Assembly (NCBI RefSeq): GCF_001735745.1
Contig: NZ_CP017260.1
Span: 1,620,001 to 1,652,000, forward strand
Origin: Formosa sp. Hel1_33_131
Lineage (GTDB): Bacteria > Bacteroidota > Bacteroidia > Flavobacteriales > Flavobacteriaceae
Reading direction: 5' to 3'
Length of the DNA: 32,000 nucleotides
The translations under genes were made by a program, and so were the position numbers. Positions 19,471-26,234 of this stretch are shown here, one piece after another (within the stretch, counting starts at the first letter, position 1; the number at the start of each line of letters is the position of its first letter). Below the pieces are notes generated by a model. It worked only from the letters and a program-made list of their open reading frames with translations, did no database searches and was not told the DNA's origin.

Positions 19471-20580
19471 ATGAAAAAAATAATTTATTGTTTAGCAATT
19501 TTAGGAACAACAATGATGAGTTGTAACCCTAATGAAGACATCTATAACGAATTAGATGCACAAGCAAGTCCAATTGTTGGTGACGCCGTTTATACGCTCA
19601 CAGATGATGATTACGATGCTTTAAGTTTAAACTATGGCAATTTTAATTCAACAGAAGATGCCAAGGATATGATTCCAGCGTTATTGTCAGATATATTTCC
19701 TGTTTGGGGACTTGGTTCAAGTGCTTTAGTATCATTTAATATATACAATCCAATTTCTACATATGACGCTGAAGTTTATGAGCTTTCATCAGCAGAATGT
19801 AATGCAATCACAGGTCAATCATATGGAAACTTTTCAGACAGTGGACATGTATATGATTACTTAGATGCTACTTACCCTAGCCCAACTGAAGGTGATTTTG
19901 TTTCTTTAAGATATGATTACTATTCTGGAAGCGTAAGTACGCTCACAAATGGTTTTTCTTATGAAAACGGAAATTGGAAAAAGTTTACTGGATTTACAGA
20001 AGATCAGTACTCTGCAATGGGAGAAGGTTATCCTAACTTTTCAAGTTCAGATGAAGCAGACATTAAAATTCCTGTTGCTTTGTTAGACGTATATCAATTT
20101 GACCCAAGAAGTCCTGGCGATGTTGTGTTATCTATGTATGAATTATATATGGGCAGTGGAGTTACGAAAAGTTTTACGGCAGCATATATCTTTGACGGAG
20201 TAGCATTTCATCCCTATGAAAACGAAATTGTAGAAACAGTTCAGTTTGGTCATGATGGAGAAAGCTGGGTTCCAGACAATACAATCAAGTATGATCTAAC
20301 TTCAGATGATGTTGCTTTGATATCAAGTGCATTTATAGATCAATACCCTGGTCCTGCTGATAACGTCGGATATTTTGAAAGTTTTGACAGAAGAACTTCA
20401 AGCTCTAATTACTGGTCAGACAGTATGTTACTTGAAGCATTCAATGTATTATTAGATGATATGGATGCTTCTGCTGAGGAAGGACAAAAATATGTTCTTA
20501 AATTTGTTGTCTATACTGGTGCAACAGGAAACGAAATCATGAGTCTTATTAAAACGGACGGAATGTGGGTTGTTAACTAA
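19471..20580 (+). CDS. Lipoprotein with four internal repeat modules, partner of the upstream TonB-dependent receptor
   Basis: Lipobox ...TTMMSC (Cys18) followed by NPNEDIYNE. Starts 11 nt after the TBDR stop. Contains four degenerate ~50-75-aa modules. No family recognised. Confidence 0.7.
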   Translation: MKKIIYCLAILGTTMMSCNPNEDIYNELDAQASPIVGDAVYTLTDDDYDALSLNYGNFNSTEDAKDMIPALLSDIFPVWGLGSSALVSFNIYNPISTYDAEVYELSSAECNAITGQSYGNFSDSGHVYDYLDATYPSPTEGDFVSLRYDYYSGSVSTLTNGFSYENGNWKKFTGFTEDQYSAMGEGYPNFSSSDEADIKIPVALLDVYQFDPRSPGDVVLSMYELYMGSGVTKSFTAAYIFDGVAFHPYENEIVETVQFGHDGESWVPDNTIKYDLTSDDVALISSAFIDQYPGPADNVGYFESFDRRTSSSNYWSDSMLLEAFNVLLDDMDASAEEGQKYVLKFVVYTGATGNEIMSLIKTDGMWVVN

Positions 20581-20609
20581 TACCCCTATACATTTTTTTT
20601 AACATCACA

Positions 20610-20636
20610 AAAGCCATCTATTTTATAGATGGCTTT
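20610..20636 (+). terminator. Terminator-like hairpin between the lipoprotein and endonuclease I genes
   Basis: 11-bp perfect stem AAAGCCATCTA/TAGATGGCTTT with a 5-nt loop. The downstream T tract is interrupted (TTTATGTTTT). Confidence 0.5.
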
Positions 20637-20662
20637 ATGTTTTAATTTTAATATATTTGAGA

Positions 20663-22027
20663 ATGAAAAAAATTATACCAATTTTCCTTTTTACTAGTTT
20701 GTTTATTAATTGTAGTTCGGGAGATGATTCCGGATCAAGCAACCCAGATACAAACAATAATAATAATACAGGTCAGTCTATAGCAGTTGACGACTCCTTT
20801 GACGCCCTAGAAGACACCGACTTTATTATTGAAAACTTATTATCAAATGATACCGTTGAGGACAATGCGGTCATAACCTCCTTTGATGAAACCACAGTGG
20901 AAGGCGGAACCATAGTTGACAATAGAGATGATACGTATATCTATACTCCAGCCGTTAATTTTATTGGAGAAGATTCTTTTACTTATACACTCTGTGATAA
21001 CGACTCGCCAGCCGATTGCTCTACAGCAACAGTGACGATCATCGTTGCAGACCAAGGGAATCCAGTTGCGGAAGACGATGCTCATAATGTTTCTCAAAAC
21101 ACTTCTAAAATAATTACCAATCTATTAGAAAACGACACTGTCATTGATGAAGCGGTCCTTTCTTCAATAGATTCTTCCCAAACCTTGGGCGTTGTTGTGT
21201 TGAACTCTGATGGTTCAGTAGAATACACACCACCAACAAATTACTTGGGTACGGATAGTTTTATGTATAGTATTTGTGATGACGATACTCCAAACAATAC
21301 CTGTTCATCGGCTGTGGTATCAATTACAGTATTAGATTCCTTTTCTTTTAATATTCCAGGCGATTTAATCGGTTATTATACAGGAATTCAGTTTGTTGCA
21401 GACCCAGATTTAATGTATGCTGAATTAGCAAACCATACATCTGAGAACCATACCACAATATTATCGTACACACAACGTCATGACTATTTATATGATGCGG
21501 ATGCCGATTTAACAAATACAAATAATGTTGTTTTGATGTATACTGGAGAAACGCGCTATTGGCAAGAATATACTTCTGGTTCAAACTCCCATTCACCTCA
21601 GACATTTAATACGGAACACGTTTATCCACAATCTTTATTAGGCTCTAATATTGCTTTAACCGATTTACATCACCTAAGAGTGTGCGATGATGATGTTAAT
21701 TCAACACGGAGCAACAAAGCGTTTGCAGATGGAAGTGGAGGCAATTACTTGACATCATCTAACGGATGGTATCCTGGCGACGAATGGCGTGGCGATGTTG
21801 CACGTATGATCTTGTATTTAAATATACGATATGGGGAGAGTTTTGACTCGGTAGGGGATTTGGACCTCTTTATAACTTGGAACATTGAAGATCCAGTATC
21901 AGAATTTGAGAACCAAAGAAATACTGTTATATACTCTGCTCAAGGCAATAGAAACCCTTTTATAGACAACCCTTATTTGGCGACTCTGATTTGGGGTGGT
22001 GATGATGCAGAAAATAAATGGAATTAA
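20663..22027 (+). CDS. Lipoprotein: two cadherin-like (tandem-95-type) repeats fused to an endonuclease I (EndA/Vvn-family) domain
   Basis: Lipobox LFINC. Two ~90-95-aa repeats. C-terminal motifs are typical of periplasmic/extracellular endonuclease I: NTEHVYPQS, RSNKAF, RGDVARMILYLNIRY and QGNRNPFIDNPYLA. ATG 20663 is preferred over the TTG at 20657. Confidence 0.85.
   Translation: MKKIIPIFLFTSLFINCSSGDDSGSSNPDTNNNNNTGQSIAVDDSFDALEDTDFIIENLLSNDTVEDNAVITSFDETTVEGGTIVDNRDDTYIYTPAVNFIGEDSFTYTLCDNDSPADCSTATVTIIVADQGNPVAEDDAHNVSQNTSKIITNLLENDTVIDEAVLSSIDSSQTLGVVVLNSDGSVEYTPPTNYLGTDSFMYSICDDDTPNNTCSSAVVSITVLDSFSFNIPGDLIGYYTGIQFVADPDLMYAELANHTSENHTTILSYTQRHDYLYDADADLTNTNNVVLMYTGETRYWQEYTSGSNSHSPQTFNTEHVYPQSLLGSNIALTDLHHLRVCDDDVNSTRSNKAFADGSGGNYLTSSNGWYPGDEWRGDVARMILYLNIRYGESFDSVGDLDLFITWNIEDPVSEFENQRNTVIYSAQGNRNPFIDNPYLATLIWGGDDAENKWN
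20777..21331 (+). repeat. Two tandem in-frame ~95-aa cadherin-like/tandem-95-type repeats within the nuclease gene
   Basis: Repeat 1: SIAVDDSFDALEDT..LLSNDTVED..YIYTPAVNFIGEDSFTYTLCDNDSPADCSTATVTIIV. Repeat 2: PVAEDDAHNVSQNT..LLENDTVID..VEYTPPTNYLGTDSFMYSICDDDTPNNTCSSAVVSITV. The boundary is at nt 21061/21062. Confidence 0.65.
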
Positions 22028-22069
22028 ACAGGTATCTTTACATTTTAAAACTCATAAAACCAAAATCTC

Positions 22070-22501
22070 ATGATCAAAACAGTTCATTCCTATTGGGCCT
22101 ATTTAGTACTCGCAGTACTTATATTGGCAGTTTCTAAAGCCCTTATAGGCTACTTCGGAAAAAAAGACTACGATGCCAAAGCATTTCGAGTATCCCTATT
22201 TACCTTGATTGTTTCACACATTCAATTGCTTATTGGACTGCTGTTGTATTTCACCTCTGAGCGTTTTGGACAGTGGAGCAACTTAGGGGTTGGGGAAGTT
22301 ATGAAGAATGCAGACATACGCTTATACCTTGTAGAACATCCAATTATTAATATCTTAGCGGTTGCTTTGATAACGATTGGTTATTCTAAACACAAGAAAA
22401 AATTAATATCAGGGCCTAAATACAAAACCATCGCGATTTTTTATACCGTCGCCTTAATTTTGATTCTCTCTAGAATTCCATGGAATTCGTGGCCAGTGTA
22501 G
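22070..22501 (+). CDS. Small 4-TM integral membrane protein of unknown function; its 3' end is the duplicated target of the adjacent insertion
   Basis: 143 aa with four hydrophobic helices. The C-terminus ...IPWNSWPV-stop is encoded by the left direct repeat. Confidence 0.6.
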   Translation: MIKTVHSYWAYLVLAVLILAVSKALIGYFGKKDYDAKAFRVSLFTLIVSHIQLLIGLLLYFTSERFGQWSNLGVGEVMKNADIRLYLVEHPIINILAVALITIGYSKHKKKLISGPKYKTIAIFYTVALILILSRIPWNSWPV

Positions 22502-22512
22502 TACTTATAGAA
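22475..22512. repeat. Left 38-bp direct repeat (attL-like): ATTCCATGGAATTCGTGGCCAGTGTAGTACTTATAGAA
   Basis: 36/38 identical to 26197-26234. Encodes the last 8 codons plus stop of the 22070-22501 gene. Its left edge lies inside the 16-bp palindrome GAATTCCATGGAATTC (22473-22488). Confidence 0.85.
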
Positions 22513-22538
22513 AAAGCAGCCATTTGGCTGCTTTTTTT
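22512..22538. terminator. Bidirectional intrinsic terminator between convergent genes
   Basis: Stem AAAAGCAGCC/GGCTGCTTTT (22512-22521 / 22526-22535) with loop ATTT. It is flanked by an A-run and a T-run, so it could serve both the + strand membrane-protein gene and the - strand 153-aa gene. Confidence 0.7.
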
Positions 22539-22569
22539 ATTTAAAAGATGCTATTATTTTAAGCTAATT

Positions 22570-23031
22570 TCAGCGTTTATTTATCATGTACGGGTTTATA
22601 TTATCTTTATGTTTAATTAATCCAGTAAAAAAAGATAAAATTTTAGTATCATCACTAACGATAATTGAAGTAATTAACTTGTTTTTTTTAACAACGAAAA
22701 AGACATCCTCGCTTTTAGGGTAATTTATATTATATGAACTAAATTTTTCGTTATCAATAAAGTCTTTATAAGACATAATATCAAGCTGTTTCATATCTTT
22801 TATTTCACCTCTTAAGAAGTCAATATTAAAATTAAGAAATTTTAATAGTTCAGAATCTGGAATTAAAGAATCTTTTTCTAAATCCAAATATTCATTTATG
22901 TTATCAATATTATATGATTTATCTAAAATCACTTTTTCAATAAATTCTGAAATCAACTCTTTTTTTACATCTTCAGTTTTACAACTAAAAGTCACTATAG
23001 TCAATAATAATATTAGTTTCATCTTTTTCAT
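22570..23031 (-). CDS. Orphan small lipoprotein (153 aa), operonic with the upstream 606-aa lipoprotein; candidate cognate immunity/inhibitor protein
   Basis: Lipobox IVTFSC (Cys17) followed by KTEDVKKE. The ATG is 15 nt after the stop of the 606-aa gene. The gene is very AT-rich and no recognisable family motifs were seen. Confidence 0.6.
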   Translation of the reverse strand: MKKMKLILLLTIVTFSCKTEDVKKELISEFIEKVILDKSYNIDNINEYLDLEKDSLIPDSELLKFLNFNIDFLRGEIKDMKQLDIMSYKDFIDNEKFSSYNINYPKSEDVFFVVKKNKLITSIIVSDDTKILSFFTGLIKHKDNINPYMINKR

Positions 23032-23046
23032 TTTTGCTGTTTTAAA

Positions 23047-24867
23047 TTAACATCCTTTATGAGTAGCAGGTGCATTTCCTGCAGTCGTATTTGTTGTAAC
23101 CCCAGCTGGAGGGGTTAAATTTCTGATATATAATCCAAGTGCTCCAGGGTTAGAGCCACTGCCGCCCGGCCATGTGCCGTTTGCAGCTGGAAGACCAAGA
23201 CCGCCTAGATTTCCAATCTCTATACCAAAATCAGTACAGTTGTAGTTATTCAAATTATAAGTTGATGTAAAATTAATTGATGCATTAATTATTTGTTGAA
23301 GTTGAGCTCCTGTTATGCTAGTTGAAATACTAGCCGTAAAATTTTCATTCCCACTTCCGTCATTTCCTAAAACGGCTGTTCCAGATGTGTTTAATGGACT
23401 TATCCAGTCTGAAACCGGGTAATAACCAAAAACACTCGTATTAACTCCTTGAGAAATAGACACAAAAGAATGACCAACATAACTACCGTCGTTTGCATCT
23501 CCTGATCCCGGAATAGGCTCCTTGGCATAAACAGTAACTACAGCGTCTTGAGTGGCGTCAAAACATTCAAAAAAATCAGTTAAATCTGTAATAGGATTTT
23601 CGGGTCCATCAACAAGTACAATATCATTAAAACTATCAATGTCACTGGTTGTATCCATCATCGCCTCAATAGTGTTTTCAGCAAAGGTTTTAGCTTGAGT
23701 GTACTCATAAAAAGAACCGTTGTTTTTTTCGGCTAAAAAATAAAATATGTTTTCTGTCAATTCGTGATCAGATGACAAATAATAAAATTGTGTTCTATTT
23801 TGAGCATATAGGGTAAAAGTAAACTGGAAAAAATCATATATTATTTTTTGTTTTACGATATGGTCTACTAAAGTGGTTTGTGACGAAGTAACATAAGAAT
23901 TTATCTGTGACACATATACCTTTTCATAGTAATCTTTAATAACATTCTTTATTCCAGAAAAATAATAGGCATAATAATTATTAAATGGACTCGCAGAACT
24001 TGAAGGGTTATAGGCAGGTATTGTTAAGTCATTTGTTGAAAAGTACTGTACCGGAGTTGTATAGTTATGACCATATCCATATGGTGCGAAATTGTTATAA
24101 TTTATACCTACAAAAACCCCTGCCGCTTGCAAAGCAGCCATAACATTAGGTGGTAAGGAGTTTAAAGGAGGTAACGCATACCCTACTCCAGATGCTGAAG
24201 GACCTCCATAGCCACTATTATTAGAATATGGCACCCATATAACTGTAGCGGGACCGTCATCTTCACATGAACATGTATCTCCACTTCTTGCTGAAGTATT
24301 CTTTTTAGAATTAGAATCTATGTCTGTCGTTTCTAAATCAAGGTAGGATATTTTATCCCAAAAGCCATCAAAACTTTGATTATTAGTAGCAACCAGTAAC
24401 TCTTCGTTTGTTAGTTCATATTTTATTAATTGACTCTTCAATTGGTTGTTTTCGTCATAATAGGTGTGTAAATTAATAATTTCATGAAGATTAGTGTTAT
24501 CGGTAGGGAAATCTACTTCAAAAGTATATGAAACCTTACCATTTTCATTTTTTATACTATTATAAGCTTCTGTTTTTATTTGGATGTCTTCAAGGTTTAT
24601 AGGATCATTTTCAGTCCCTTTTCCACTAGATTTCCTCATGCTCTTTGGTGGTGCAATCTCAAATATTTGTTTAATTTTTGATAGGTTTTTCTCCACTTGA
24701 TTTTTTAAATCAACATTATTTATACTTTCTTTGATTTCAACTTTAATTTGTCCTTGTTTTTGAGTTGTTGAAATAGTCTCATCTTTACTACAGGAATTAA
24801 AAGAGAGAAGGGTTAATAAAAATACTAGACTGAAATTTGATAAATTGTTTTTTAGTGTTGTTTTCAT
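23047..24867 (-). CDS. 606-aa predicted surface lipoprotein with a C-terminal permuted papain-like (NlpC/P60-clan, PPPDE/LRAT-like) His...Cys domain
   Basis: Lipobox LLSFNSC (Cys26) followed by SKDE, a K-(D/E)2 surface-export-like signal. The C-terminal region at ~aa 440-565 reads VTVYAKEP..SYVGHSFVSISQG..SVFGYYP......YNLNNYNCTDFGIEIG. This has the order His466 (nt 23470-23472) then Cys544 (nt 23236-23238) within an NCxxF motif. Confidence 0.7.
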   Translation of the reverse strand: MKTTLKNNLSNFSLVFLLTLLSFNSCSKDETISTTQKQGQIKVEIKESINNVDLKNQVEKNLSKIKQIFEIAPPKSMRKSSGKGTENDPINLEDIQIKTEAYNSIKNENGKVSYTFEVDFPTDNTNLHEIINLHTYYDENNQLKSQLIKYELTNEELLVATNNQSFDGFWDKISYLDLETTDIDSNSKKNTSARSGDTCSCEDDGPATVIWVPYSNNSGYGGPSASGVGYALPPLNSLPPNVMAALQAAGVFVGINYNNFAPYGYGHNYTTPVQYFSTNDLTIPAYNPSSSASPFNNYYAYYFSGIKNVIKDYYEKVYVSQINSYVTSSQTTLVDHIVKQKIIYDFFQFTFTLYAQNRTQFYYLSSDHELTENIFYFLAEKNNGSFYEYTQAKTFAENTIEAMMDTTSDIDSFNDIVLVDGPENPITDLTDFFECFDATQDAVVTVYAKEPIPGSGDANDGSYVGHSFVSISQGVNTSVFGYYPVSDWISPLNTSGTAVLGNDGSGNENFTASISTSITGAQLQQIINASINFTSTYNLNNYNCTDFGIEIGNLGGLGLPAANGTWPGGSGSNPGALGLYIRNLTPPAGVTTNTTAGNAPATHKGC

Positions 24868-24947
24868 AATAATTTAGGGTTTTAAAAATTTATATGATTC
24901 AATATTATAAAAACAAAACAATCTTAAAGTCCAGAATTATTAACTTG

Positions 24948-26105
24948 TTAATGATTTTGGACTAATTTTTTATAGTTATTTGGAGTATGTCCTGTGATTT
25001 TTTTAAAAGCATTATAAAAACTTGTCTTTGTATTAAAACCAGATTCAAGTCCAATTGCAGTTATGGTGTATTTGAAATAATCATCATCTAATAATAATTT
25101 TATAGCATTTTCAACACGCATATTATTAATATATTCATTAAAGTTATTATCTGTATTAGAATTTATTATTTGAGATAAATACCCTTCGCTCAAGTTGGTC
25201 TGTTTAGAAATCATTTTAAGACTTAATTTTGGCTTAAGGTATAACCTACGCTTTAAAATGAGATTATTAATTTCCGAAAACTTATTGGGGTTGATATTTT
25301 CTGAGAGCTCATCAATTTCTAATAATTTATTTTGATTTTTTGAAGTGTCTTGATCTTTAGTGATTCTACTTTTTATAATTCTATTTCGGATTTCTCCACG
25401 CTCCTCATAAATACTATTTTGAAAAATTGAAGTATAAGCAATCCAATAAATAAGTACAGAAATACCAATCCATAAAGGATAGTATTGATAATATCCACTG
25501 GGAAAATAAGATTCAAAAACAGTAAGTGAAAGCAACCACAATATGCAAAGAAAAAAACCAAAGATTAGAATCCGTTTAAGCCAAGTAACTGTGATTGGAA
25601 TTTCATTAAAAGAGTCGTTCGCTACTTTCTTTTCATAATCTCTTATGTTTTTAAAAACTAAAAAGATGATTACTAATGAGAACAACAGAGAGCCATACTC
25701 AATCACAAGATTAAAAAACTCAATAACTTTTGAGTTAACCCTAGCTAAATCAGTCAGTATTTGATAGAAAATAGCAGAAGAAAATGGAACTAATAATAAA
25801 AATATATGATGTTTTTTGAAATCATTTTTTAAATAACTTTTCACAAATAAAAAAAACATCGGAACCATTAGGAACTCAAATGGAATAAATATTAGATTGT
25901 TGTTTTCATAACCTGGAGACAAGCCAACATCTAAAAGCCAATATTGTAGATTACTAAAACACAATGCTAGAATAGTAAGAGCTAAAAAAATATTTGTTTT
26001 AGACTTTAGTTTAGGGTTGAAAAATAATATGAAGCTAAAAATTATCCCATGCACTATACCTAGTACAATTAAAATATTGTAGAAATTGAGGTTAAGTGAA
26101 TTCAT
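24948..26105 (-). CDS. Membrane-embedded AraC/XylS-family transcriptional regulator (about 7 TM helices + C-terminal HTH)
   Basis: The C-terminal ~97 aa (nt ~24951-25241) carry the AraC double-HTH signature (LSLKMISKQTNLSEGYLSQIINS....AIGLESGFNTKTSFYNAFKKITGHTPNNYKK). The N-terminal ~235 aa contain about seven hydrophobic helices. ATG 26105 (MNSLNLNFYN) is preferred over the TTG at 26153. Confidence 0.85.
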   Translation of the reverse strand: MNSLNLNFYNILIVLGIVHGIIFSFILFFNPKLKSKTNIFLALTILALCFSNLQYWLLDVGLSPGYENNNLIFIPFEFLMVPMFFLFVKSYLKNDFKKHHIFLLLVPFSSAIFYQILTDLARVNSKVIEFFNLVIEYGSLLFSLVIIFLVFKNIRDYEKKVANDSFNEIPITVTWLKRILIFGFFLCILWLLSLTVFESYFPSGYYQYYPLWIGISVLIYWIAYTSIFQNSIYEERGEIRNRIIKSRITKDQDTSKNQNKLLEIDELSENINPNKFSEINNLILKRRLYLKPKLSLKMISKQTNLSEGYLSQIINSNTDNNFNEYINNMRVENAIKLLLDDDYFKYTITAIGLESGFNTKTSFYNAFKKITGHTPNNYKKLVQNH

Positions 26106-26196
26106 AAATAACTTATTACTGGTTAAAGTTGTGAAAAATAAACATACAATCAAAAATTTCGAGCGAGTTTTTTCCTTTACAAGAAGTTGTTTGTTT

Positions 26197-26234
26197 ATTC
26201 CATGGAATTCGTGGCCAGTATAGTACTTATAAAA
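26197..26234. repeat. Right 38-bp direct repeat (attR-like): ATTCCATGGAATTCGTGGCCAGTATAGTACTTATAAAA
   Basis: 36/38 identical to 22475-22512. It still reads IPWNSWPV-stop in frame, but an in-frame TAG at 26080-26082 and the unrelated upstream sequence show it is an orphan gene tail. Confidence 0.85.

Larger units (their letters stand above)
22475..26234. mobile_element. Candidate integrated island or cassette (about 3.7 kb, three genes, no recombinase) bounded by 38-bp direct repeats
   Basis: Direct repeats lie at both ends and duplicate a gene 3' end. All three cargo genes are on the minus strand. Hand counts give 19/100 G+C for 22601-22700 and 28/100 for 25021-25120 inside, versus 43/100 for 22201-22300 and 40/100 for 2201-2300 outside. 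Confidence 0.45.

Noticed and set aside
20752-20769. AAT trinucleotide run (encoding NNNNN) in the endonuclease I linker, plus 9-nt A-runs at 1906-1914 and 19458-19466, considered as phase-variation tracts.
   Set aside because: The trinucleotide run is in-frame, so slippage would not switch expression. The A-runs are intergenic and short. There is no evidence of an ON/OFF frameshift configuration.
23047-23300. Possibility that the 606-aa protein ends in a T9SS C-terminal sorting domain.
   Set aside because: The last ~45 residues are Gly/Pro/Thr/Asn-rich, low-complexity sequence ending in ...THKGC, with no ~80-aa beta-sandwich CTD pattern. An N-terminal lipobox argues for the lipoprotein pathway instead.
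22513-26196. Searched the island interior, in all six frames from the ORF track, for an integrase, transposase, relaxase or terminal inverted repeats.
   Set aside because: Only the three minus-strand genes are present. The alternate-frame ORF at 25373-25561 inside the AraC gene is a hydrophobic shadow. The island ends show no inverted-repeat similarity. No mobility gene is called.
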